Of a stretch of 64,000 nt of DNA, positions 38,571 to 49,900 are shown in pieces. Source of the DNA: Takakia lepidozioides (lineage: Eukaryota > Plantae > Bryophyta); NCBI GenBank assembly GCA_030704615.1, contig CM060734.1, forward strand, positions 11,904,001-11,968,000, in the 5' to 3' direction. A model generated the notes under the pieces. It was not told the DNA's origin and ran no database searches. It worked only from the letters and a program-made list of their open reading frames with translations. Position 1 is the stretch's first letter. Each line of letters opens with the position of its first letter. The position numbers were made by a program, and so were the translations under genes.

Positions 38571-41219
38571 TTTTCAACCCACATAGCATCTTCCAAACAC
38601 TTCCCCCACCACTCGCGCGCTATTTATGCATCCTCACTAACACACAAAATGTCTTTTGTGGTGGTTTTTGGGACGGGCGCAGGTGAGGATCTTCACCTTA
38701 CATAATGTTTGAAGCTTGCAGATGCGAAGAACTCTGCATAAAATGTGGCTGATGCTGAATGCAACTACTCCTCCAATGAGACATCAAGGGAGGACCTATT
38801 TTGTACTCTTTAACTTGTTCTCTAGTTGTTGACAACTGAGTTTACATGATTAAAGGGCAGGAATATGCTAGCATTCATAGAATACACATATTCTACTGAA
38901 AGCTATCTATTTTCTTTGACAAAGCCACATTGTGGCATTTTTTTGACCTTAGCTGCAGCTTGAGAAGGCAGTATGTTGCCTTTTCCAGGCACTATTTTTT
39001 GCCTTTTGATGAGTCAAGACAACTCTGGTTTATGAAGCTTATGTTCAGATCATACCTGGCAGTGCTTATTTAGCTTCTTCAGAATACATACATTCTTTTA
39101 AGCTACCACATGCTGTTGGTTTTTATCTAATAACAAACATGTACATCTTGAGCTTTTTTCTTACTTTGGCAAAATGATGATAAGGCCCTGGAACATCAAC
39201 CCCAGGCCTGATTCTGCTTAGGAAACACCCAAATAGTACTGCTGCTGCAATCCTTGCTTAGTAAAAGTACCTTTGCAGTGTTCTTATGGAAGCCTCTCTA
39301 GCAGACTTGGTCTCGCTTAAATGCTGCCAGTCATTTTGGGAAACATAACCTGCTACATGGTTATAGTGTTTGAACCAGGAACAATGGGGCAATCACACTT
39401 ATAACTATTAGGTACTGGTACCCCAGACCTAAAAGCTGCCTTGTGGAAGCCTATCTGTTTTGTACTTTAGCAGAATGTGGATAAAGCCCTGAAGCAAACA
39501 CTTCAGGCCTGGGCCTGATGCTGATAATTTCAAATACGATCTATGAATGCATTGTTTGTTTTGCTAACCATTATGCAAATGCTCTTGAGGATGCTTGTTT
39601 AAAAGACATGGTTGCTTTTAAAACTTTCCAGCTGTTCTTGGGAACATATCTTGCTAAGTGGCAGATATATCTCAATTTGGCTGAGAGATGCAATTACTCT
39701 GCTCTTTGGAATATGAAACCAGTATGTTTTGATGGTGATGGATTTTTTTTCTTTCTATGATGAATATCTTACAATTCCCACCCTCCCACCTGGAGATTTC
39801 AGATACCTTGAAGTCTTCATTATTCAATCAAATCGGATGCTATGTGTGAACGGAGATGTTAGATAGTGCCTTCTAAGGAGGCTGCTATGTCCTTTTCTAA
39901 CAATGACTTTAAAAGTCTTGTCTATGTGTTGACATGACATGAATATCTTCCCTCTCTTCCTTTGACCAGTTTGCTTAGTGGTGTTTGCACACACTATCTC
40001 TCACCCTCCTTTCATGCTCCAGCTTTCTGAGTATTGATATACTGACACTTTATTGACCTTGGCAGAAGGTCAACAAGTGCATTCCGGACTGGATAACCTG
40101 GGAGCTGCCCTTGAATATGTGGTTCAGATTGCCTTCTGGCAATACCACAATGCTCACCCTCAGTCCCATCATTCACTTCTGATTCAAGCCAAGTATGGCA
40201 CCTTCTGGAAAAGCAGGTGGGATCCTTCTTCCAAAAAACCTGATACTTGGATCGAGTTCTCTGAAGCTAAAACTGATTGGACTCCACAAGTGATTTGATG
40301 ACCCTTTTTAGTTGCTTTGGGTGATCAAGTATGGCAGCAACTATCAGATTGAAGCAACAAAATGAATACCATGAATCCCATGGAATTACCAGTAACCTCA
40401 GAGTAGAATGTTTACCTTTCATGAGGTTTGTTGTGAAAATTGAGCTAAGCTTGGTATGATCCAATGGCATTTGGAACTCATATACACCTTCTACATGATC
40501 CGGTCAATGTATAGTGACATCTACCCCGGCTCCCATGGTTGATGCCTGTTTCATCTAAGGAAGCCTTCTATCATTGTTGCTATGGTATGATCCCATGAAT
40601 CTATCCACTCAATGTGGTTCCAAACCTGAAACTACTAAGGACTAAGGCTGGATCCCAAATTATTGGTTTGGTGGCTTGTTTCATGCACATCCAGGTCGTC
40701 AGCTGAATAGTGACACTGGAAAGTCACAATTCTGGACAGAGGTATGATAAGAGAAGGCTACTGCCTTTCTTATATTCTCAATACATCCAGTTCTTGTATA
40801 ATAGACCAATGGATCAGTCTTACAATATGGTGATTTCACCATCCATTCATATTCTGTATTTTTCCAGCAACACTGATTTTGCTTGGAAAGTGTACAAGAA
40901 GCTGGCCCGAATACTGATAAGATTCCTCGAGCCCGGATGCTTCCCTGGTCTATACTTCCCTTGACAAGAGTTTGTTGACAAGCTAAGAGGTAACTTGTCA
41001 AGCTTGATTTCTGCTATGCCAATGTTTATCTGGGGAGATGGGAGTGTAGGCCTTCTTTTCTTTTTCTGGCTCTCCAAACCAAGGAAAGAACTACATAGTA
41101 GGGGGAGAGTCCTTATGAAGTTTGGGTCTGGTATGCACTCCCTTACGGGGTGAGTGCATACCACACTCACTCCATAAGGGATTGCCATACCAGGGGTTGA
41201 ATGGTGGGCCATCGCCATG

Positions 41220-41442
41220 GACCGCCTGAAAAGCGACGTCCGGGCGTCGCGGGAGGGGGGGCGGGGGCTCGTGACCCCCGTACGTCGCATATTTGCGACG
41301 TTTTTTTTGGCGACGCTCGTGCGACGGGCCTGCGACGTCCGGGCGTCGCAAAATCGGCACCACGCCCATGCCCGAAACGGGGGGTTTACCCATGCCGCGG
41401 CGTGGCCGGGACATCGCAAAAACCCCCCCTTTTCCTGTAGTG
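41220..41442 (-). mobile_element. Second CACTA terminus with GCGACG/CGTCGC subterminal repeats
   Basis: CCCCCCCTTTTCCTGTAGTG ending at 41442 is the same TIR as 29341. Dense (G)CGACG repeats, with a similar array at 43420-43897. Confidence 0.85.
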
Positions 41443-42060
41443 CGAGGATAGCCTCAATGACGAAGGCGTCAAGGTGGGTAGGGTTGGCTAGGCAAGGGGT
41501 AAGCAGTGGGGGTGGGCAGGGGACTACAGAGTTGATAATTGGGGGGGGGGGGAGGGCACGCTTGAGTGTTGCGAGAGGATTTGAGCTGCTGGAGTATAGA
41601 AGGAGTTGGGCTTGTTCTGAATTCTGGGAGGAGGTCTTGCTTGTTATGGGGAAAAAGTAGGCATGATAGGTCACATTTGAGGGTACAGGCGGCTGTCTGG
41701 TGACAAAATAAGGAGCGAAGATGAAACAGATATTTGCGCGTTTTGATAGTAGCACAGGAGTGTTTCAGGGTAAATTGACAAGGGGTTAGCTGCCGATTTC
41801 CAGTGGCTGTAGTGAGTTGGGTGAGGGTAGTAATGTGCCGCGCTTTGAAGTATGCAAGGATAAGTTTTCTTTGACGGGGGTGGTTGGATTCAAATTGTGT
41901 GAAGAATGGACTGTTAAGCCAAGCGTGTTCAAGTTGAGATATGGAGTTGGGACAGTCAGGGAGGTCAGTTTGTATACTGATTTTCATTTGGCGTAGACCT
42001 TCACACTTGCTATCGATGTCATACATACAGTCTAAAGCAAGCATATGCAGGGAACAAAGC
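41443..42060 (-). mobile_element. Probable further fragment of the Dualen-like LINE (post-RT region)
   Basis: The 197-aa ORF has the same A/C-rich sense-strand and H/P/T-rich composition as copies A, B and D. No overlap with those copies confirms it. Confidence 0.4.
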
Positions 42061-42274
42061 ATTAAACCACCAAGACCTTAAAGGCTTGTGGAAGCGGCGA
42101 AGCCTGCGACATGGTGTCCAAGACGTGCATTCAAACAAGTGGAAATAGTTTGCTTTGCTGAAAAGATTAATGAGGAGTTTATCAAGTGAGAGAGACTCTC
42201 TGAAAACCATGCAGGTGTTGCAGCCTCATCAATGAGCATTCAAGGGTTCAGCTAGCAACCAAATTGATTGCTTC

Positions 42275-42311
<37 letters not shown>

Positions 42312-42439
42312 ACCAGTAAAGGAGTTGAAGATCCAGCCGCACTTGCGCATGAAAAGCCTGGTAATCAGGCCTGGATTTCAGATGCCAGGCTGCCTTCAAT
42401 GTGCAGGTCCAGAAGCATCAAAACACCCTGGATTCATTC

Positions 42440-43100
42440 AATTCCAGCCACATTTCCAGTGTGAAGACATAGTCGCCAATGCACATGGCAATTAGGATTG
42501 GAATCAGGCTGCAAAGTCTTCATAAGGCCTCACCATAAGCATCAAATGCTTCAGATTCCTGCAGTAAAAGCACTTAGCAGCCCCCATTCACACCAGCAGA
42601 AGCTCATGCAATCAGGTGTGAAGACATAGCCGCCAATGCACATGCCGAGACCAGCGATTAGGCCTGGAATCAGGCTCAAATGCTTCAGATTCCTGCAGTA
42701 AAAGCACCTAGCAGCCACCATTCACACTAGCAGAAGCTCATGCAATCAGGTATGAAGACATAGCCGCCAACGTACATGCCGAGACCAGCAATTAAGTCTG
42801 GAATTCTGCTGCCAGACTGCAAAGCCCTCATCACGCCTCTCCATAAGCACCAAATGCCTTGGATTTATGTAGTATAAGCACCTAGCTGCCATCATTCATA
42901 CCAGCAGAAGCTCATGCGATCCAGTAGCTCAGGTATGAAGGCATAGCCGCCAAAGCACATGTTGAGACCATCAATTAAACCTGGAATTCAGCTGCCAGGC
43001 TGCAAAGCCTTCATTACGCTTCTCCATAAGCATCAAACGCCATGAATTCATGCAGCAGGAGCACTTAGCCGTCACCATTCACTCCAGCACAAGCTTAAGC
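42440..43100. repeat. Degenerate tandem array, about 130-180 bp unit, 4 copies, next to a 32-nt poly(A) (42277-42308)
   Basis: The core TGAAGACATAGCCGCCAATGCACATG recurs at about 42462, 42619, 42753 and 42935. AGCAGAAGCTCATGC also recurs. Confidence 0.85.
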
Positions 43101-43905
43101 ACGGGCTTCGTGTTTTTTCTTAGGTTTAGCAAAGTGATAAGGGCTCACTCCACGCGATTTTCATCCAGTGTGGATGAAATCTTGTATAACTGATAACATT
43201 AATAGGCATTCATCTATGATGTCATCCAGTATGGATGTCATTCGTCCAAGATAAAAACCTAGGTACAGCATTCATCCAGTATGGATTAAGCAAAAAAATA
43301 GATCAAGGATTAAGTTGAATCATACCAATTTCAAACCACATAGGCTTAAGAAAAAATGATTAGATCCCGATCCGATAGCTGGAGAGAGGGAGAGAGAGGG
43401 AGAGAGGGGGGCCTCCTGCTAGCGACGCTCGGCCGTCGATGCCCTCCACTAACGGCATTGGAGGGGGCGACGGCTCGGCGTTGCACCAATTTTTTTTTCT
43501 AAATTGCCCGGGCGTCGCATCCTAAAAACAAAAAACACGTGGCGTACGCCGGATGGTAGAATAAGCGACGCCGCTGCGTCGCGACTAGCGACTCCTGGGC
43601 GTGGCAAAGAAAAAGAAAAAACCGTCGCCGCTAGAGTCGGGCGTTGCGACGCTCGGCCGTAGGTTTCCGCAACGTGCTAGCGTCGCTTTCCAGATTTTCA
43701 ATTTTTTTTTAAAAACACGTGGCGCAGGCAGGTTGTTGGGATCCGCGACGCCGCGGCTAGCGACCCCCGGACTAAAAAAACCCGTCGCAGGGGGGGTTGG
43801 GCGTTGCTACCTACATTGGTAATTGCGACACCCGGCCGTCGCTGCTTGCGACCCCCGCCCAAAAACCCGTCGCCAACACCGACGCCCTGCCGTCGCAAAT
43901 AGATG

Positions 43906-46900
43906 AACGTGGAGGCCCATCGAAGAAAAGCGATGTGTGCCACAAGTGTGGTAAGACTGGTCACTGGGCCCGAGATTGCAATGTCCGTGAAGGAGGTCAT
44001 CTTGGTAACCAACATGCCCACCTGCTATCCGGTAATGAAGAAAGAGAGCTAGCAAGAGATGAGGTTGCAGAAGAACTAGTTGTAGAGGACGTATTCGACG
44101 ATGCTATTGCAGCCTTGTCTGTAGATGCCTCCTGGATTGTGGACTCCGGAGCTTCTAAGCATGTAACTGGCAATTCTAGCTGATAGAGCATGTCAAGCCC
44201 ACAACCAAGTCCTACAATGTCAGCACTGCTGGAAGACAGTCACTTAAAGTCCAAGGAACTGGCAATGTAAGCCTTCGTGGCAAGACTGGAGAAATGAAGC
44301 AGTTCCCTGATGCTCTCTACGTCCCTGGTCTGACCAAGAACTTGCTATCAGTAGGCACCTTGGTAGATAAAAATCTCATTGCTATCTTCGACACTCAGAA
44401 GTTCTTGCTTCTAACAAAAGAGAAAAATCCTAAGATAGTAGCCAGAGGATCTAGGAATGTTAAAACTCTGTATTCATTGGATCGAGTTAAGAGACTTCCA
44501 GATAAAGAAATCCATCTATCTGAGGTGAAAACTGCAGAGAGAAAAGTTGATCTGCATCTATGGCACAAACGGCTCGGCCATCTCAACTATCCCAGTCTGC
44601 ATCATCTCTCGTCCAAGAACGTGGCGAAGGGCATTCCATATATTCCACTCATATCATGCATATGCGAAGGTTGCCAATTCGGGAAACAATGTAGGGAACA
44701 ATTCCCGAAGAAAAGTGAGAAGAGAGCCTCACAACCCCTGGAGCTGATCCACTCAGACATTCCCTCTAGCCACCACATCCATGGGAGGGGCTCGCTATTT
44801 TCTCACGTTTACCGACGACTTCTCTCGAAAAACGTGGATTTTTTTTCTTGGCAAGAAAAAGCGAAGCTCTCAACATGTTCCGATAGTTCAAAGCCCATAC
44901 GGAGCAGGAAACTGGCCTAAAATTGGTGCTTTGCGCATGGATCGAGGGAGAGAGTATCTATCCAAGGAATTGGAGCATTTCTGCAAAGAGGCAGGCATTC
45001 AATGTCAACTCACCCAAGCTCGTACACCCCAACAGAATGGAGTAGCTGAGCGGAAGAATATGACTCTTTTGGATCGAGCAAGGAGCATGGTGCTGTCGAC
45101 ATTAGTCACCAAGAACCTCTGGGCAAAGGTTATCAATAGAGCCAACTTCCTGGTAAACATATCTCCCACTAAATCCAACTCTGGTATCACTCCAGAGGAG
45201 AAATATTCGGGAGTAGTACTTTTTGTCCTTTCTTCGGGTTGTTGGTTGTGATGCATATGTTCACATTCCAAAAGAGGAGAGGGGCAAGATGGAAGCAAAA
45301 AAATAAAAATGCATCTTCGTGGGCATGCATTCCAAGGCATATAGGTGCTTTGATCCCAAGAATAGAACAATTGTGATATCAAGGGACATTGTTTTTTATG
45401 AAGACTCTCCAGGGACGACAGGCCAACCGAGGAACATAGGGGAAGAACCAAGGCCACCTAACGCTCAGACCTTCGGAAATCTGGCCCCGATACCACCTGT
45501 AGAAATTGCTCAGGAAACAGAAGCACCTCAAGCAGAAGAAGCACCTGAAGCAGATTCTCCTTATCAACCACCAATCCAACATACCATCATCATGCATGAT
45601 CCATTCATGGAAGGAGTTAGCGGAGGAAATGATATCTCATGTCCCACACTGCCGACAATCCCACGAGACATCCCTATATCTGCAATCGATCCTGCATCTC
45701 AAGGGCCAAGACAATTGATGCGAGAAATGCGACCTCCAAGCTGGCATAAGGATTACGATGTTCCCCCAATCAGGAAAGGAACTGATGCATCAGTTGATGC
45801 AGTGTTAGCTCATGAGGAATTAATCAATTTTCATCAGACTGCCAGGGATCCAACCTGGATTGCAGCTATGAACAAAGAGATGGACAACATTTCAAAGAAC
45901 AACACATGGGATCTTGTCGCGGCCCTTTGCCTTGAGGGCAGGGGGTCGGGACACATGAGGGGCTGCCCCTGTGGTGGGGGCAGCGGCAGCGATAGGTATG
46001 GGGGGCTGAAGCACCCTTGAGTGCCCAAGGCACTCAAGGAGGCGGAGGCGCTCACTAGGTGGAGCCCCGCACACCGGGTTGCGGTGGGGGTGGCTCCACA
46101 AGGGGTGGTGGTAGCTTAGCGGGACTTAGTGGGGGTGGCATATGACTCACCATGGGGGCGGAGACCTCATGGTGGGAGTCGTGGGGAGTCTTGGGACTCA
46201 TCACGGTCCATAAGGGCCGTGGTGAGTGGGCCAAGACTCACCGCGACTCATCACCGGGAGCCGAGGGTCTTCGTGGTGGTTCGCCATAAAATGGCATGGC
46301 TGGTTGTGGAACCCCCGCGGACAGCTACAGAAGTATATATAGGGAGTAGTAACCCCGAGAACGGTGCAAGCCCGTTGGTGACCAAAAGCTAGTGAGTAAG
46401 CGAGCGAGCCGGAAAGCAACCAAAGAGTGGGGAGCTGTTCCGGACTGCCAACTACCAAAGGGAATTCCCTGGTTCCAAATCGGTGGAGGGTTCCTTGGGA
46501 GAACAAAGGGGGGACCGTTATGCCCCGGTGAGCAGCCGAAGCTCCAAGTTGGCCGGCGGCCAGGTTGGGAGTCAGGCGCGCGCAAGTAAGCGAGTAACTA
46601 TGACTTGAGGGGGGAGCTTACCGAAGTGAGGTGCGCGACACTTGGTATCAGAGCTTAGAGTTCAGTACGCGATCGTCCTTGGGATTGGCCTCATCATGGG
46701 GTCGGGCAAGCCGAAGCGAAAGCGGAACGGCCCAAAAGATGATGATCCTGGTGAGCCCGATGGGGGCGACGTGTCACCGAGGCGGCCGTTTGAGGAAGCG
46801 ATGCATGTTTCCGAAAACGAGGCCGCTCAAGAGCGGGAGGAATCCGAGGAGTCGGAGCCCGAGGAATCATTGAGAGCTCCGACAAACCAAGAGATGCCTC

Positions 46901-49900
46901 CCGTGCCGGCAGCCTTTTGGGAAGGGTTGTTGGCGCAGTTTGGCGGGACGTTGAAAGACGTGTTGAAGGCGGCTAATGCCACTTCCACTAAGGCAAAGTT
47001 TAAGGTGAAGCCTAAGGAACCCGACACCTTCGAGGGCGTCCGAAATCGGAAGGCACTCAACACCTGGTTCCTGGAGCTAGAGCAGTACTTCCGGGCGGCC
47101 AAGTTGAGTGACGAGGATCGGGTGGAAGTGGCTCCCACCTATTTGAGGGGCTATGCTCAACAATGGTGGCAGAAACGTCTTCACGACCGAGGTCCAAGCC
47201 CGGAAACCTTGAACTGGAGTGGGTTCAAGGAATTGATGAAGAGACAGTTTGTGCCCCTCAACGCGTCCTGGCTTGCCCGGGACAAGATGAGGAATTTGAA
47301 GCAAACAGATGACATTCGGGGGTATGTCCAGGCTTTCAATGTGCTGTTGCTCGAAGTCGCGGACATGGCAGAACCAGAAATGGTCTTCAACTTTGTGGCG
47401 GGACTGGCCCCATGGGCCAGGCGGAAGTTGGAGGAGAAGCCACCCAAGACTTTGAACGAGGCAATTGAGAGGGCTGAATGTTTCTCGGATGTCCCTAGGG
47501 GTGAGAGACAAGCCGTACGGAGCTGAACCAGAAGAAGACCCGGCGGGAAGGTGACTCCTTCCGACCGGAAAAGAAGTGGGATAGGCCACGCGGCGGCAAT
47601 GGCACGTGGAAATCGAAGGGAGGGCCTTCACACGTCAAGGCGGCACCTGGTGCTTCGAAAGGAAAAGCGGGTGGAGCGGCTTATGGCGGACAGAAGGCGA
47701 CCTTTGATGGAGTGTGTTTCAATTACGGGGAGCCCGGGCACATGGCCAAGAAGTGCACGAAACCTCGACAATTGAACATGACTCGGGCAACCACGGAGCT
47801 GTCGGAAGATACCATCAGTCGCTTGGTGGAAGCGATGGTCGCCAGGACTTGCAAGGTAGGCAACTATTCTTGTGAGTTGTATCAGGAAACTGGCGCCCTG
47901 CGTAAAGGGAGTCAGTTATTGTTCGTAGATGGGATAATATCCGGAACTAACGTGTCGTTGTTGGTAGACACAGGAGCGTCGTACTCCTTCATGACGCCGG
48001 CGGCGGCGCGAAAGTTGGGACTCCCGACAAGTGACGTGGGGGCCTCTATTGAGGTGCGTTCTGCAAAAGGAGAACCGCAATTGGCGACAAGGTTGGCGTT
48101 TAATGTTCCTCTTCAACTGGGGAGTTGGGAGGGACGTGAGAACTTCACCATCTGCGAGATCGATGGAGTGGATCTCATTTTGGGGATGACCTTTTTGAGC
48201 AAATCCGGAGCGGTCATAGATGGCCGCAAGAGAGTAGTCACACTGCCATGTGGGAATGGTGGCGAGGTCTTACGAGTGTCGGAAACGCCCAAATCCGTGG
48301 GAGGGCGAATAAACCTTCTGTCAGCAAGGGAGTGGGCCGTGGAGGAGGCACACGAGCCCCAGTTTTTGCTTTACATTAGAGAAGTAAAGGGAGAAGGCGA
48401 TGGGGAGCCGAGCCCAGATTGGATCAAGGGGATTTTGGAGAAATACCAGGATGTGATGCCGGAGGATTTACCAAGCGGCTTGCCACCGCGAAGAGGAGTT
48501 GACCACAAGATTGAGGTGATACCGGGATCGGAACCGCCTGCCAAGGCACCCTACCGGTTGAGCCACAGGGAGTTGGTCGAGCTGAAGACTCAGCTCAAGG
48601 ATCTAATGTCAAATGGGTACATCCGGCCGAGTAAGTCACCTTACGGAGCCCCGGTGCTATTCGCAGACAAAAAGGATGGGACGCTGCGGATGTGTGTCGA
48701 TTATAGGGCTTTGAATAAGGTGACTATTAAAAACCGGTACCCTTTGCCAAGGATCGACGACCTTTTTGACCGGTTGGCAGGAGCGAAGTATTTCAGCCAG
48801 ATCGACTTGCGCTCCGGCTATCATCAAATTCGGGTGGCGGAAGGAGATGAGGAGAAGACCGCATGCAGGACAAGGTATGGTTCGTATGAGTTCTTGGTGA
48901 TGCCTTTCGGGCTCACCAATGCACCAACAACATTTAGCACGCTGATGAACAACCTTTTTCAGGAGTGGTTGGATGACTTTGTGATCGTGTACATCGACGA
49001 CATCTTAGTGTACTCGAAAACAAAGGAGGAGCACCTGGAGCACCTGAAAAGGGTGTTCCAAAAATTGCGAGAAGGGAAGCTGTATGCCAAAGCTTCAAAG
49101 TGCGAATTCGGGGTCACAAAAGTGGAGTTCCTGGGGCATGTGATTACACAGGATGGGATCAAAATGGATGACAGAAAGGTGAGGGCGATCTTGGACTGGG
49201 AGCCTCCGACTTCGGTCCCGAGAGTGCGATCATTCCTAGGACTCGCCTCCTATTACCGGAAGTATGTGAGAAATTTCGCCAAGATCGCAGGGCCGTTGTC
49301 AGACCTTCTGTGTAAATCCAAAGTCTGGGTATGGAACACCTTGTGTGGCCAAGCTTTTGCTGAATTGAAGCAGCGGATGGCGGAAGCTCCAGTCTTGAAA
49401 ATCCCGGAGTTTGATCGTCCGTTCGAGATACATACAGATGCGTCGGACTTCGCGATTGGGGGTGTACTGATGCAAGATGGACGTCCAGTGGCTTACGAAA
49501 GTAAGAAACTGAATGAATTGGAGCGACGATGGCCGACGCACGAGAAAGAGATGAAGGCGGTGGTGCACTGTCTGGAGCTTTGGCGCCACTATGTTGGTTC
49601 CAACCCAGTGAAGGTGTTCACGGATAATGTCACGGTGAAGTATTTTGCCACGCAGCCCAAGTTGTCCCCAAAACAACTTAGGTGACAAGATACTTTGGCA
49701 GTGTTCGACGTGGATATCCAGTACAAACCGGGACGAGACAACGTGGTAGCCGATGCTTTAAGTAGAAAGCAGCAGCTCTTGTTGGTGTACAAGGGCGAGA
49801 CGGCGCTCCAAAGGAAGATCCGGAAGGCTTGCCGGAAGGATGAGCTGGCAAAGTCCGTGATGCAGGACTTGAGGATGGGGGTTAAAACGCAGTTCCACTT

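Noticed and set aside
40847-41755. 302-aa minus-strand ORF
   Set aside because: It crosses the LINE-like fragment, the CACTA TIR and GC-rich subterminal repeats, so it is not a coherent gene.
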